Source of the DNA: Octopus bimaculoides
Taxonomy: Eukaryota
Length of the DNA stretch: 50,546 bases
Direction: 5' to 3'
NCBI RefSeq assembly: GCF_001194135.2
Contig: NC_068986.1
Coordinates: forward strand, 49,585,924-49,636,469
The notes below the pieces were generated by a model, which worked only from the letters and a program-made list of their open reading frames with translations, had not been told where the DNA came from and ran no database searches. Position numbers and translations under genes: made by a program. Positions 33,800-46,364 of this stretch are shown piece by piece. How positions within the stretch are numbered: the stretch's first letter is position 1; each line of letters starts with the position of its first letter.

Positions 33800-34498
33800 C
33801 ATGTACAGTGCAATTTATCATGTTAGGCCATCTGGTGTCTTTCAAACTGTGACCTCCTTGCTTCGGACTATCTGGCACTGTGACAAAGATGGATGTCTTG
33901 ATGAGCTCCCATCATAACTGTCTTAACTGTCCACCACCATCACTACAACCACCACCACCACCACCAGAGCCACCATCAATACCACCTCCTTGAGATAGTC
34001 CACAAACAAGGGCACTAAAACAACTTCACCGTCATCATCTACACCCATCACAAGCAAGCAAAACAAGGTAGTCTCTAAACAGTTGCTCAGACACTAGAAA
34101 CAACAACCAAATCTGCCTCAAAGCACACCCATCGATTATTAAAACCTGAAATGAAAATGATACATTACATAATTTTTCCCCACCTCTTTGCCTAATCTCT
34201 AGACCATATCCCAAAGGCCTGCTCAGGACTGACCTGGGGTTAAACAACACCATTACCATCACAACAACAATAACAAAACTTTACTGAACTATATGTGTTA
34301 CTCAACAGTCTTGCTTAAATACTTATGTCAATAAAATGGGGCTCTGAGAGTAAATCCAGTGTGTGCTACACTTCTCAATCTCAAGCACCACCATGGGTGC
34401 CGCCACCATCACAAATAATAGTGTCTCCATTGGTCAATGCTGACCATGTACTTGCATATAATTGCAGACCTGGGCAAGATTTTGTTTTAGCAAGATTA

Positions 34499-34652
34499 GG
34501 TGCAGGAGTGGCTGTGTGGTAAGTAGCTTGCTTACCAGCCACATGGTTCCGGGTTCAGTCCCACTGCGTAGCATCTTGGGCAAGTGTCTTCTACTATAGC
34601 CTTGTGAGTGGATTTGGCAGACGGAAACTGAAAGAAGCCCATCGTATATATG

Positions 34653-34704
<52 letters not shown>

Positions 34705-34900
34705 TGTGTTTGTCCCCTTAGCATTGCTTGACAACTGATGCTGGTGTGTTTATGCCCCCGTCACCTAGCGGTTCGGCAAAAAGACCGATAGAATAAGTAC
34801 TAGGCTTCCAAAGAATAAGTCCCGGGGTCGATTTGCTCGACTAAAGGCGGTGCTCCAGCATGGCTGCAGTCAAATGACTGAAACAAGTAAAAGAGTAAAG
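34499..34900 (+). mobile_element. Near full-length SINE family A
   Basis: Matches the family A consensus seen at 37153 and 43502. Confidence 0.85.
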
Positions 34901-35064
34901 AGAGAGTAATTACCCATGCATGCAAATCACCCTTCTCGATGTTTGTCCCTGGGAAAGGCTACCAACTTAGGTCAATACAGTTTGACACCAGTCTCCTCAC
35001 AAAGACAATGCAAAGGGGTGAAATGAACCTTACAAGGTCTTTCTGCCTGACCCCTCTAACAGCT

Positions 35065-35215
35065 CTATCAACCCACCTCAACCATCCTAAGACTGTTGTT
35101 TTTTTATTGACCCTGAAAAGATAAAAGGCAATGCTAACCTCAGTGAGATTTGAACTCAGAACGTAAAGAAATGTTTTAAATACTTGCCAAGTATTCTAAC
35201 CAATATTCTGACAAA
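35065..35215 (-). mobile_element. SINE family C, degenerate
   Basis: ttgaccctgaaaagataaaaggcaatgctaacctcagtgagatttgaactcagaacg. Confidence 0.6.
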
Positions 35216-35612
35216 TATGTCAATTCTCCACTTTGCTACTATGGTTGTTGTTGTTGTTTTATAATACCCCTACCTCAATCATCATTATCACTTTCAGCAA
35301 CCTCCACCACTTGTATTCACAACCATAACGTTAACCCATCACAGAAAACTAAAATCTGGTTAGAAGTACTCAAAGGTATTTGTGTGTAACTGATTCATTG
35401 ATTAACATTACTATCCACCCTCTTCCCTCAGCCACCAGCCAATGCTACTTCCTTATTATCAATCCAGCCATAAAGCAAAATGCCCTTTCCTCAATGGATA
35501 GTTGATGCTAAATGTCCAACTAATTTGTTCGACCCCAATGTACATCACATATTAACTTGGGCTGGCCAATACTAAGTGACTAAAATTTGGTAGACAGAAA
35601 CTGTATAGCAGC

Positions 35613-35654
<42 letters not shown>

Positions 35655-35964
35655 AGAGTAGAGGTGGTGGAAGTCAATCTGTTAGTTATTCAAATTGCTA
35701 ATAATATCTGTTGGTTGCAGAAAGCACCGAACTCAGAATGCACAGAGCCAGAACAGATAGCACAGGGAATTGAACCCACAACCTTATGATTGTGAGCCCA
35801 ACAGCATAAGCAACAGACCAAATGACCCTTCACTATAATTTCATTCCATTTATTCATGCATGCATGCATACATACACACAAACATGTATGCATACATACA
35901 CAAATACATACATGTATGCATACACACATACATACATACATACACACACATGTGTATGCATACC

Positions 35965-36155
35965 CTTTTACTTGTTTCAGTCATATGACTGTAGCCATGC
36001 TGGAGCACCACCTTTAGTTGAGCAAATCGACCCCAGGGCTTATTCTTTGTAAGCCTAGTACTTATTCTATCAGTCTCTTTTGCTGAACTGCTAAGTTACG
36101 GGGATGTAAAGACACCAGCATCGGTTGTCAAGTGATGTTGGGGGGACAAACACTT

Positions 36156-36210
<55 letters not shown>

Positions 36211-36376
36211 TACATACGACGGGCTTCTTTCAGTTTCTGTCTACCAAATCCACTCACAAGGCTTTGACTGGCCCGAGACTATAGTAGAAGATACTTGCTC
36301 AAGGTGCCACACAGACAGATTGAACGCGGAACCATGTGGTTGGTAAGCAAGCTACTTACCACACAGCCACTCCTAC
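35965..36376 (-). mobile_element. SINE family A
   Basis: Reverse complement of the family A consensus with an internal (CA)(TA) tract. Confidence 0.8.
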
Positions 36377-37152
36377 GCATGTATACATACACTCATAATG
36401 TATTCATGCATACATACACAGACACACACATACATACATGTATGCATGCATATACATACATATATATATATGCATACATACACACATACATGCAAACATA
36501 CATACACACATAAATACCTGCATGCATGCGTACACACATATATACATAGAGGCACAGATGTGGCTGCGTGGTTAAGAGAGTTGCTTCCCAGTTACATGGT
36601 TTTGGGTTCCATCCCACAATGAGACATCTTGGGCAAGATTCTTCTGCCATAGATCTAATCTTACTGAAGCCATGTGAGTGGATTTTGGGAGACAGAAACT
36701 TAAAGAAATCCTCGGTCTCTTTCTTTGCCAATCTTTTACCTTCTTCCCTCTCTCTTTCCCTCACTAATTACTCTACTCCTTCCTTCATTCTGACTTTCTA
36801 TCTATCCTTTTCTTGTCTCCAGTTCTACAGGACATTTTCATTTGCGTTGCCCCGTGCCTGTCATCTTGCGGTCACACAGCTTCTTTTGTTGCATATGTGT
36901 ATTTTACTTTGTCATGTTTGTTTCTGTCATGGTGGTGGTATGTGATATGAGATTGGACAAAGTAATATGAATTGTAAGCTACTCTCATTGACATTTTGCC
37001 ACTTGTGCCACCAGATGTGAACCATATTGACATTAAAGATGCAAAATTGTGATCTTTTGGACGTTGACTGCAAAATTTTCCATTTGTGTTTTTGTTAAAC
37101 TTTTGCAAGATATATATATATATATATATATAAAGAGAGAGAGAGAGACAGA

Positions 37153-37550
37153 GGCGCAGGAGTGGCTGTGTGGTAAGTAGCTTGCTTACCAACTACATGG
37201 TCCCGGGTTCATTCCCACTGCGTGGCAGCTTGGGCAAGTGTCTTCTACTATAGCCTCGGGCCGACCAAAGCCTTGTGAGTGGATTTGGTAGACGGAAACT
37301 GAAAGAAGCCCGTCGTATATATGTATGTATGTGTGTGTATGTTTGTGTGTCTGTGTTTGTCCCCCCAACATCGCTTGACAACTGATGCTGGTGTGTTTAC
37401 GTCCCCATAACTTAGCGGTTCGGCAAAAGAGACCAATAGAATAAGTACTAGCCATCCAAAGAATAAGTCCTGGGATCGATTTGCTCGACTCAAGGCGGTA
37501 CTCCAGCATGGCCACAGTCAAATGACTGAAACAAGTGAAAGAGTAAAGAG
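37153..37550 (+). mobile_element. Full-length tRNA-derived SINE (family A) with internal TA/TG microsatellite
   Basis: Head GGCGCAGGAGTGGCTGTGTGGTAAG...GGTTCATTCCC; CORE-like segment ttgggcaagtgtcttctactatagcc; tail gactgaaacaagtgaaagagtaaagag. It is repeated many times in the window. Confidence 0.85.
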
Positions 37551-37624
37551 AAAGTATATATATATACACATATACATACACACACACACACGTATAAGTG
37601 TGAACCCTTGTTTCAACATCATGT

Positions 37625-37830
37625 GGTGACTGTACATAAGCATCACCATCATACAAGCAATGTCTGTTTCAAGTCTTCCACGAAAGACATGTCTGGCCAT
37701 GGGGAAACATTACTTTGCTTGGAAACAGGTAAGGGTTGGTGACAGGAAGGGCATCCGGCTGTGCAAAAAACTGCCTCAACAAATTCCATTTGAGCCATGC
37801 GAGTATGGAAGCATGGACAATAAACAGGCG
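37625..37830 (+). mobile_element. SINE/RTE-UTR-related fragment (family D-like)
   Basis: ggttggtgacaggaagggcatccggctgt motif. Confidence 0.6.
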
Positions 37831-38099
37831 AAGTTGACATTGTATACAGAGAATGAAGAGGCATGTGTTACTGCAGATATTCTGAAGAAAACCCTTTCAC
37901 ATGAAAAAAAAAAAAATAAATAAACTCCAAAAAATATTTCTTCAATTAAGAAACCAATTCACAATTAATACTATCCCCCACCCCTTACCTTCTGTCCACT
38001 CATTTACTTACTTGTATTGTTCCCAATGCTTTCTGTAAGCTGCTCCCAGCTCTCCCCCCAAAACAACCACTAAAAACTCTTAATATAATATAATAATAT

Positions 38100-38721
38100 T
38101 GAAACACTCATCATTACCACCACCACCACCACCACTGCTACCAGCATCAGAACCACCACCACAAATCAACACCGAGAATCACAATGAACACCGCTACTGC
38201 CACCACAACCACCTCCGCAGACCGGTGCCGCCAACACCACATTACAACAACATGTACTGTCACCACCACATATCACCACTGCCACTACCCCATCAATTCC
38301 ACAGCTCACGCTGCCACCTTCCCCCTCGTTTGTACTTTCACTTTAATTATATTTACAATTCATATTACTTTGTCCAATCACACACCACACACTACCACGA
38401 CGACGACCACCACCACCACCACCACCATGAACACTATTGCCACAACTATCACTGCTACTTCCGAATACGACGACGACCACGACGACCACCACCACCAATA
38501 CCACTACCTTGTCGGCCCAAATTATGAATATTTAAATAATATTGAAAATAAAATGAAATACCTCCCTCTGCTCTGTCCGCCTCCACCCCACCTTCACTCT
38601 GCTGAAAATGATTTACTTAATTAATATTATTAAATATAACATAAAACATATTTTATTAGAACAATAAAGGAGAGAGAGAGAGAGTGAGAGAGAGAGACTA
38701 TTAGAGAAGTGTCACAATTAT

Positions 38722-38752
<31 letters not shown>

Positions 38753-40090
38753 GCAGACTATTAGTAAAGAAAATAAGATGTAGAAGGAAAATAAAATTAA
38801 AAAAAACAATATTGATAATAACAAATGAAATAAAATAAAAATATAAAATAAAACTCACAAGGTGGAATGTGGGAGTGAAGTAGGAACAGAGAAGGGTGAA
38901 GGTAGGGGGAAAAGAGAATAAATAAATAAATAAATAAATAGAGGGCCTTTTACATCAACAACATGAGTAACAACAGGAACAAAATACAACAACAACAACA
39001 ACAACAACGAGAGGGGAGGTGTGTGGGCAGGGCTGAAAAAAGACAGCGGATCATGTCAACATCAACAACCTACCACTGGTAATGATTACAACAGTAAACA
39101 CCCACCGCAACCACCACGACCACGACCACCACCACCACTACTACCACAACAACAACAACAACTGCTGCCGCCGCCGCCAACGCCTGTGTTGATACTACTC
39201 TCCCTCCTTCTCTCTCCCCCTCCGCCCCAGCACTAAACCAATATGTGTCAGATTATTATAAAGAGCTGTATAAATTGCGGTAACNNNNNNNNNNNNNNNN
39301 NNNNNNNNNNNNNNNNNNNNNNNNNNNNNNNNNNNNNNNNNNNNNNNNNNNNNNNNNNNNNNNNNNNNNNNNNNNNNNNNNNNNNNNNNNNNNNNNNNNN
39401 NNNNNNNNNNNNNNNNNNNNNNNNNNNNNNNNNNNNNNNNNNNNNNNNNNNNNNNNNNNNNNNNNNNNNNNNNNNNNNNNNNNNNNNNNNNNNNNNNNNN
39501 NNNNNNNNNNNNNNNNNNNNNNNNNNNNNNNNNNNNNNNNNNNNNNNNNNNNNNNNNNNNNNNNNNNNNNNNNNNNNNNNNNNNNNNNNNNNNNNNNNNN
39601 NNNNNNNNNNNNNNNNNNNNNNNNNNNNNNNNNNNNNNNNNNNNNNNNNNNNNNNNNNNNNNNNNNNNNNNNNNNNNNNNNNNNNNNNNNNNNNNNNNNN
39701 NNNNNNNNNNNNNNNNNNNNNNNNNNNNNNNNNNNNNNNNNNNNNNNNNNNNNNNNNNNNNNNNNNNNNNNNNNNNNNNNNNNNNNNNNNNNNNNNNNNN
39801 NNNNNNNNNNNNNNNNNNNNNNNNNNNNNNNNNNNNNNNNNNNNNNNNNNNNNNNNNNNNNNNNNNNNNNTGGGGGTGATGATGGTAGTGATGATGGTGG
39901 TGGTGATGATGGTGGTGATGATGGTGGGGGGGATGGTAGTGATGGTGGTGGTGGTGATGATGATGATGATGGAGGTGGTGATGATGGTGGTGGTGTTGAT
40001 GGTGGGGTAGTGATGGAGTTGGTGGTGATGATGTTGGTGGTAATGGAGTTCATGTTATTGTGACTGATGTTGTTAGAGGTGATGGTGCTA
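38100..40090. repeat. Low-complexity (CAC/CAA)n and (GAT/GGT)n region around a gap
   Basis: Directly visible simple repeats. Confidence 0.9.
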
Positions 40091-40149
40091 TTCATGTTGA
40101 GCATTAGTCATGCCCTATAGTAATGCTCAGGGCTGAGCAAAAAAGATAA

Positions 40150-40598
40150 AAGACAAAGTCAAACTTGGTAGCATTTGAACACGGAATGTAAAGACAGACG
40201 AAATGCCACAAACCATTTCACCCGTCATGCTAACAATTCTGCCAGCTCGCAGCCTTAATGATAATAATAATCCTTTCTACTAAAGGCACAAGGCTCGAAA
40301 TTTTTTGGGGAGGGGGCCAGTCGATTAGATCAACCCAGTATGCAACTGGTACTTAATTTATCGACCCCGAAAAGATGAAGGGCAAAGCTGACCTCGGCAG
40401 AATTTGAGCTCAAAACGGGGAGACAGATGAAACACTGCTAAGCACTGTGCCTGGCGTGCTAATGATTCTTTTCTACTTTAGGCACAAGGCCCAAAACTTT
40501 TGGGGAGGGAGCCAGTTAATTAGATTGACCCCAGTACATAACTGGTACTTAATTTATTGTCCCCAAAAGGATGAAGGGCAAAGCTGACCTCGGCAGAA
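40150..40598 (-). mobile_element. Three tandem family C SINE copies or fragments
   Basis: Family C motifs at about 40150-40255, 40270-40470 and 40470-40598. Confidence 0.8.
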
Positions 40599-40683
40599 NN
40601 NNNNNNNNNNNNNNNNNNNNNNNNNNNNNNNNNNNNNNNNNNNNNNNNNNNNNNNNNNNNNNNNNNNNNNNNNNNNNNNNNNN

Positions 40684-41026
40684 TGATCCAATCAACGGAA
40701 CAGCCTGCTCTTGAAATTAACGTGCAAGTGGCTGAGCACTCCACAGACACGTGTACCCTTAACGTAGTTCTCGGGGATATTCAGTGTGACACAGTGTGAC
40801 AAGGCTGACCCTTTGAATTACAGGCACAACAGAAACAGGAAGTAAGAGTGAGAGAAAGTTGTGGTCGAAGAGTACAGCAGAGTTTGCCACCATCCCCTGC
40901 CGGAGCCTCGTGGAGCTCTAGGTGTTTTCGCTCAATAAACACTCACAACACCCGGTCTGGGAATCGAAACCGCGATCCTATGACTGCGAGTCCGCTGCCC
41001 TAACCACTGGGCCATTGCGCCTCCAC
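40684..41026 (-). mobile_element. SINE family B copy (3' end lost in gap)
   Basis: Closely similar to 9314-9685, with the same 5' end GTGGAGGCGCAATGG. Confidence 0.85.
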
Positions 41027-41031
41027 AACTT

Positions 41032-41062
<31 letters not shown>

Positions 41063-41804
41063 TTAACTTAAACATTATTATTATTATTATACTGTAATGT
41101 TTTCTGCTATAGCTAAGGTACTTTTGTAATGTACTGCTAGATTGCTTTAAATATTACATGCTTTAATGCACTAAAAGATTTCTTTCCAGAAGAGGTACTG
41201 CTGAAATTGGAGTACATCTAAAATGCCAACAGATATGACAATTGCCTGGATAACAGCAACTGATCAAAGATTTTTCAAACTCATTTACATGGCACACATA
41301 TGTGAGACCCTCTCAGAGTGCTTTGAACCCCCACTACTCTCCTACTGTTCGGTTATAACAAACAAACGAATAAATAAATAACTAAATAACTACTTAAATA
41401 AAACAAAAATCACAAAATGAAAAGTAAGCAATTATCTCTCTCTCTCTCTTTCTCTCTCTATCTCTAAATTTATTGACCAAAAGACCAGAGTTCATGTAAG
41501 GTGAAATTGAAAACATTTCAAGACACTCATTATTATTGTCTCAATATTAATAATCATTTTCCCAGTTCATAAAGTTATTTTGTCAGTGTAAATGCAGAGG
41601 TAATGGTGGTGGTGGTGGTGGTAGTGATGGCATCATTAATGTGGTATGTCATTATGGTAAAAAAAAGTTTGCTTCCTAACCACATGGTTCTGGGTTCAGT
41701 CCCATTGCATGGCACCTTGGACAAGCGTCTTCTACTATAGCCCCAAGCAAACCCCCAAAATTGCAAGTGGATTTGGTATTTGGAAACTCGAAGGAGTCTG
41801 TCAT

Positions 41805-41965
41805 CATCATCATCATCATCATCTTTATTTACTGTCCGTTTTCCATGCTGTTATGGGTTGGATGGTTTGACTGAAAACTGGCAAGTTGGGGAGCTGCACC
41901 AAGTTCCAATCTGATTTGGCATGGTTTCTACAGCTGGATGCCCTTCCTAATGCCAACCACTTATT
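41805..41965 (-). mobile_element. SINE family D 3' fragment
   Basis: catcatcatc...ctacagctggatgcccttcctaatgccaaccac. Confidence 0.7.
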
Positions 41966-42111
41966 AATATTAAGCAGAAGTAACGGAATGACTCAAGATT
42001 CAAGAGTTTCCTGTGTTGGCACTTATCAAACTAGTCTGATAGGTGCTAATACATACATACCTACATATTTTTCCTGTTTGCATCAACATACCTGTGTGTG
42101 TGTGTACGTAC

Positions 42112-42400
42112 TGGTACTCCATCGACTACGACGACGAAGGTTCCAGTTGATCCAATCAACGGAACGGTTTGGTTGTGAAATTAATGTGCAAGTGGCTGAG
42201 CACTCCACAGACATATGTGCCCTTAACGTAGTTCACTGGGAGCTTCAGCATGACACAGACTTAGAGGTTCAACATAAGAGATCAACAGAATAAGTACCAG
42301 GTGTTAAAAAAAATAAGTCCAAGAGTCAGTTCATTCAGCTAAAAACCCTTCAAGGTGGGACCCTAAAATGGCTGGAGTTCAATCACTAAAACATATTAAA
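42112..42400. mobile_element. Composite of SINE family B 3' end (minus) and a degenerate family A-like 3' end (plus)
   Basis: 42112-42255 matches the family B tail (aacgg...gtgcaagtggctgagcactccacagac); 42285-42400 resembles the family A tail (cagaataagtacca...aaggtgg...aaaaga). Confidence 0.5.
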
Positions 42401-42499
42401 GATAAAAGAAGATAACTGTGGCAGCAGTTTTTTGTTTAGTTCTCAACTTAGTTTCAAGCCTATTTTTCACATAGCTAGGAGTACACTACACCATGTGAA

Positions 42500-42830
42500 G
42501 GCGCATGGCTCATTGGTTAGAGCATCGAGCGTACGATTGTCAGGTTGTGAGTTCGAATCCTGAACCGAACTGCGTATTGTGTTCTTGAGCAAGACACTTT
42601 ATTTCACGTTGCACCAGTTCACTCAGCTGTAGAAATGAGTTGCGACGTCATTAGTGCCAAGCTGTATCGGCCTTTGCCTTTCCACTTGGATAACACTGGT
42701 CGCGTGGAGTGGGGAGGCCGGTATGCATAGGCGACTGCTAGTCTTCCATAAACAACCTTGCCCGGACCTGTGCCTGGGAGGGTAACTTTCTAGGTGTAAT
42801 CCCATGGTCAGTCATGACTGAAGGGGGTCC
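42500..42830 (+). mobile_element. tRNA-derived SINE (fifth family; CORE/Meta-like body)
   Basis: A box tggctcattggttag, B box gagttcgaatcc, then cttgagcaagacactttatttcacgttg...cagctgtagaaatgag. There is no intact tRNA cloverleaf 3' end. Confidence 0.7.
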
Positions 42831-42930
42831 TAGCATAGGAGTACACTGTCCAATGTATTGCCCCCTCCACCATCTATTTTTTCTTCTTTTCTTTTTGAAG
42901 ACCGTAGAATATGATCTGAGGGTAGCTTAA

Positions 42931-43145
42931 CCCTCTAACATTCAGATTACTCACACGTAATGCTTATTTATTCATACTGGTTTGAATTATGGCTTATATT
43001 GCAGCTTCAAGATTTCAATGAGGTGATTGATTGCTTGCTTTTAGAATGACATAGTAAGGTTCTTACGAGAGGCCAAATCTGGCTGATTTAAACATGAAAC
43101 AAGTAGAATACCATGGCTGAATATAGCTGGTTTAAATGCTAAGGG
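42931..43145. mobile_element. piggyBac-type MITE
   Basis: TTAA|CCCTCTAACATT ... AATGCTAAGGG|TTAA; TTAA TSD on both sides. Confidence 0.8.
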
Positions 43146-43501
43146 TTAATAACTGTTTCTTGCAGATTCATGTGATGGCGTAAAGGCTAGAAAGTTGTTG
43201 CTACTCAGACTGAGACAAGATCTAAATGAATAGATGGTCAACAATATTCCAACCATGACCATCCAATCTTATTTTCAGGCACTGTGTTTATGACTACATT
43301 AAGTGATGATGTTGATGATGATGATGCTACCCAACAACAACAACAACAGGTAGCCTCCATGATAACACTTGATCTGCTAGATATATCAACCAGATCCCCC
43401 AGAAGTCACACCTTTAGCTAGCGTCTTAAAAAGAGGAGGTCATAGTGGGGCAAGATGGTTGAAGATACGAGACTTGGAAGGAAAAAAAACAACAATACAT
43501 A

Positions 43502-43666
43502 GGCGCAGGAGTGGCGGTGTGGTAAGTAGCTTGCTTACCAACCACATGGTTCCGGGTTCAGTCCCACTGCATGGCACCTTGGGCAAGTGTCTTCTACTAT
43601 AGCCTCGGGCTGACCAAAGCCTTGTGAGTGGATTTGGTAGACGGAAACTGAAAGAAGCCCGTCGTA

Positions 43667-43731
<65 letters not shown>

Positions 43732-43957
43732 TTGTGTGTGTGTGTTTGTGTGTGTGTGTTTGTCACCCCCTAACATCGCTTGACAACGATGCTGGTGTGT
43801 TTATGTCCCCGTAATTTAGCGATTCAGCAATAGAGACTGATAGAATAAGTACTAGGCTTACAAAGAATAAGTCCTGGGGTCGATTTGTTCGACTAAAGGC
43901 GGTGCTCCAGCATGGCCACAGTCAAATGACTGAAACAAGTAAAAGAGTAAAAGAGTA
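43502..43957 (+). mobile_element. Full-length SINE family A
   Basis: Same head, body and tail as 37153-37550, with a longer (TA)n(TG)n linker. Confidence 0.85.
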
Positions 43958-44029
43958 ATTAAGAAAGATGGGCTGGTCATGAGTGGAACACTTTTGAGGA
44001 CAGGTTTGTTCTATTAAGTGTAAATATAT

Positions 44030-44335
44030 ATTTTATCTTTTACTTGTTTCAGTCATTGGACAGCAGCCATGGTGGGACACCACTTTGAAGGGTTCACTTG
44101 AATAAACTAACCCCAGTATATACATATTCTTTTACTTGTTTCAGTCATTTGACTGCAGCCATACTGGAGCACTGCCTTCAAAGGTTTTAGTCAAACAAAT
44201 CAACCTAAGGACTCATTTTTTAAAAGCCTAGTACTTATTCTATTGGTGTCTTTTGCCAAACCGCTAAGTTACAGGGATGTAAACGCACCAACACCAGTTG
44301 TCAAGCAGTGATGGGAAGTGGGGGGAACAACCACA
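44030..44335 (-). mobile_element. SINE family A 3' halves, tail-to-tail with the 43502-43957 copy
   Basis: Two reverse-complement tails (tcttttacttgtttcagtcatt...). Confidence 0.7.
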
Positions 44336-44937
44336 GGCAAAAAGACCAGGGTAGAATACAACACCAGCAGCAACAACTAAACTAAGAATTTCAATATGTT
44401 CCAATTTTCTCAAGACAATACTAAGGCTGAAGAACTGTTGGTACTCTCAGACATAACAGAAGCAAGGACAAAACAGGAAAAAAAAACATGCTAAATAGCC
44501 TAAAAACAACTAATTTTAAACAATGTGAATATGACTGACACCTTCCCTACCTTTCCCAATACCAGTGACAAACATTGAAAAGGGGGCGGGGAGAGATTAA
44601 TGTAATGGAAAGCTATGAGATGAAATGGTTAGAAAACATGAACTTTGTCATGTTTTTTTCTTCTTTCTTCTAGACACATACATATATACATGGATGCATG
44701 CATAATACAATACACATATGAGTAAATGTTGTGCAGCCACGAGGACGTGTGTCTAAGTGCATATGGTTTTTTTTTTTAATATGTCCAACCACACTCATGC
44801 AGATATAGTATAAATAAATGAATATATATANNNNNNNNNNNNNNNNNNNNNNNNNNNNNNNNNNNNNNNNNNNNNNNNNNNNNNNNNNNNNNNNNNNNNN
44901 NNNNNNNNNNNNNNNNNNNNNNNNNNNNNNNNNNNNN

Positions 44938-44983
<46 letters not shown>

Positions 44984-45199
44984 CTATGTGTATATATTTA
45001 TCCATATATTTGATATATATTTATATTTATATGCATTGTTTATTTGCCCGAATAAAAAGATCTACACATCAAGATGAATGATAAATATTATATATACATA
45101 TCTCATAAACCTTACATTACAAACACTTTAATACCACACAAACACATCACCATGTATGAATGCAACTGTAGTCATATATCAAGGCACTAATATATCAAA

Positions 45200-45570
45200 T
45201 TAAATATTTATGCTATACATACATGTATACAAACATACATACGTATATATATATATATATATATATACAAACATATATGTACATATAAACATAGACACAT
45301 GCATACATACAAACATATATATAAACATAGACACATACATACATATGCATACATACAAACATATATATACATATATACTTATATATACAAACATATATTA
45401 ATATATATGCAGGCATACATATGCATACCTAATACCTATACACTGTGCACATATGCGTGTGTATAGATATAGACAGATATTTATATTTTGTCATACACCT
45501 AATTGTATGTGAATGCAAACATACACTTATACAAATACATAGAAACGTGCCTTCAAAAAACAAAAACGAG

Positions 45571-45618
<48 letters not shown>

Positions 45619-45920
45619 ACCAAGTTAGATAGAGAGAGAGAGAGAGAGAGAGAGACCAAGTTAGATAGACAGAAACAGAGAGAGAGAGAAACCAAGATAG
45701 ATAGATAGAGAGACAGAGAGAAACTGAGTGTTGTCAGTGATGGAAAGATCAAATTGGCTTAGTGACAAGCTAATTTCCTTTTATTAGCAAATTATAAGCA
45801 CCATTTTTATTGGCCATCTCTTATATCACACACACACACACAGAGTTACTTGCTGTCACACACACATATACACAGAATTACCTGCAGTCCTACACACACA
45901 CACACACACGCACACACACA
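45200..45920. repeat. Compound microsatellites (TA/TACA, GATA, GA, CA)
   Basis: Directly visible. Confidence 0.9.
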
Positions 45921-46319
45921 CGTTCCAAACCTCACCGTCAAGGAAGAAGACTTCAAGATATGTATTAGTTTCTTGTTATTAGCTAAATGCCATTCACAGA
46001 TTGAATGAAAGAAAGAGTGGTGGGAGGTTGTGGTGGTTGAAGGAGGAGAAATAGTAAGCTTGAGGGATTAGAAAAAAAAGGATAAACATTAAACAAAGGA
46101 AGATACCAGGAATTAAAGGAAATCCTTACACTGACATACACACACACTCCCTACAGCTGGATACAAGCACACACAGACACAGATACAGGTAAACCTACAC
46201 ATGCAAACATACAAACAGGAGTTGTATAAACAAACATTGATACATCTACAGGTAAACAAATCTGATAAGGGGTAAAGTCCTTGAAATATAACAGAAATTA
46301 GGGGTAAATTGATGGGATG

Positions 46320-46364
<45 letters not shown>

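Noticed and set aside
42500-42575. Possible tRNA gene (also SINE heads at 9610-9685 and 40950-41026)
   Set aside because: A and B boxes are present, but the acceptor stem is not closed and the sequence continues into a SINE body found in multiple copies.
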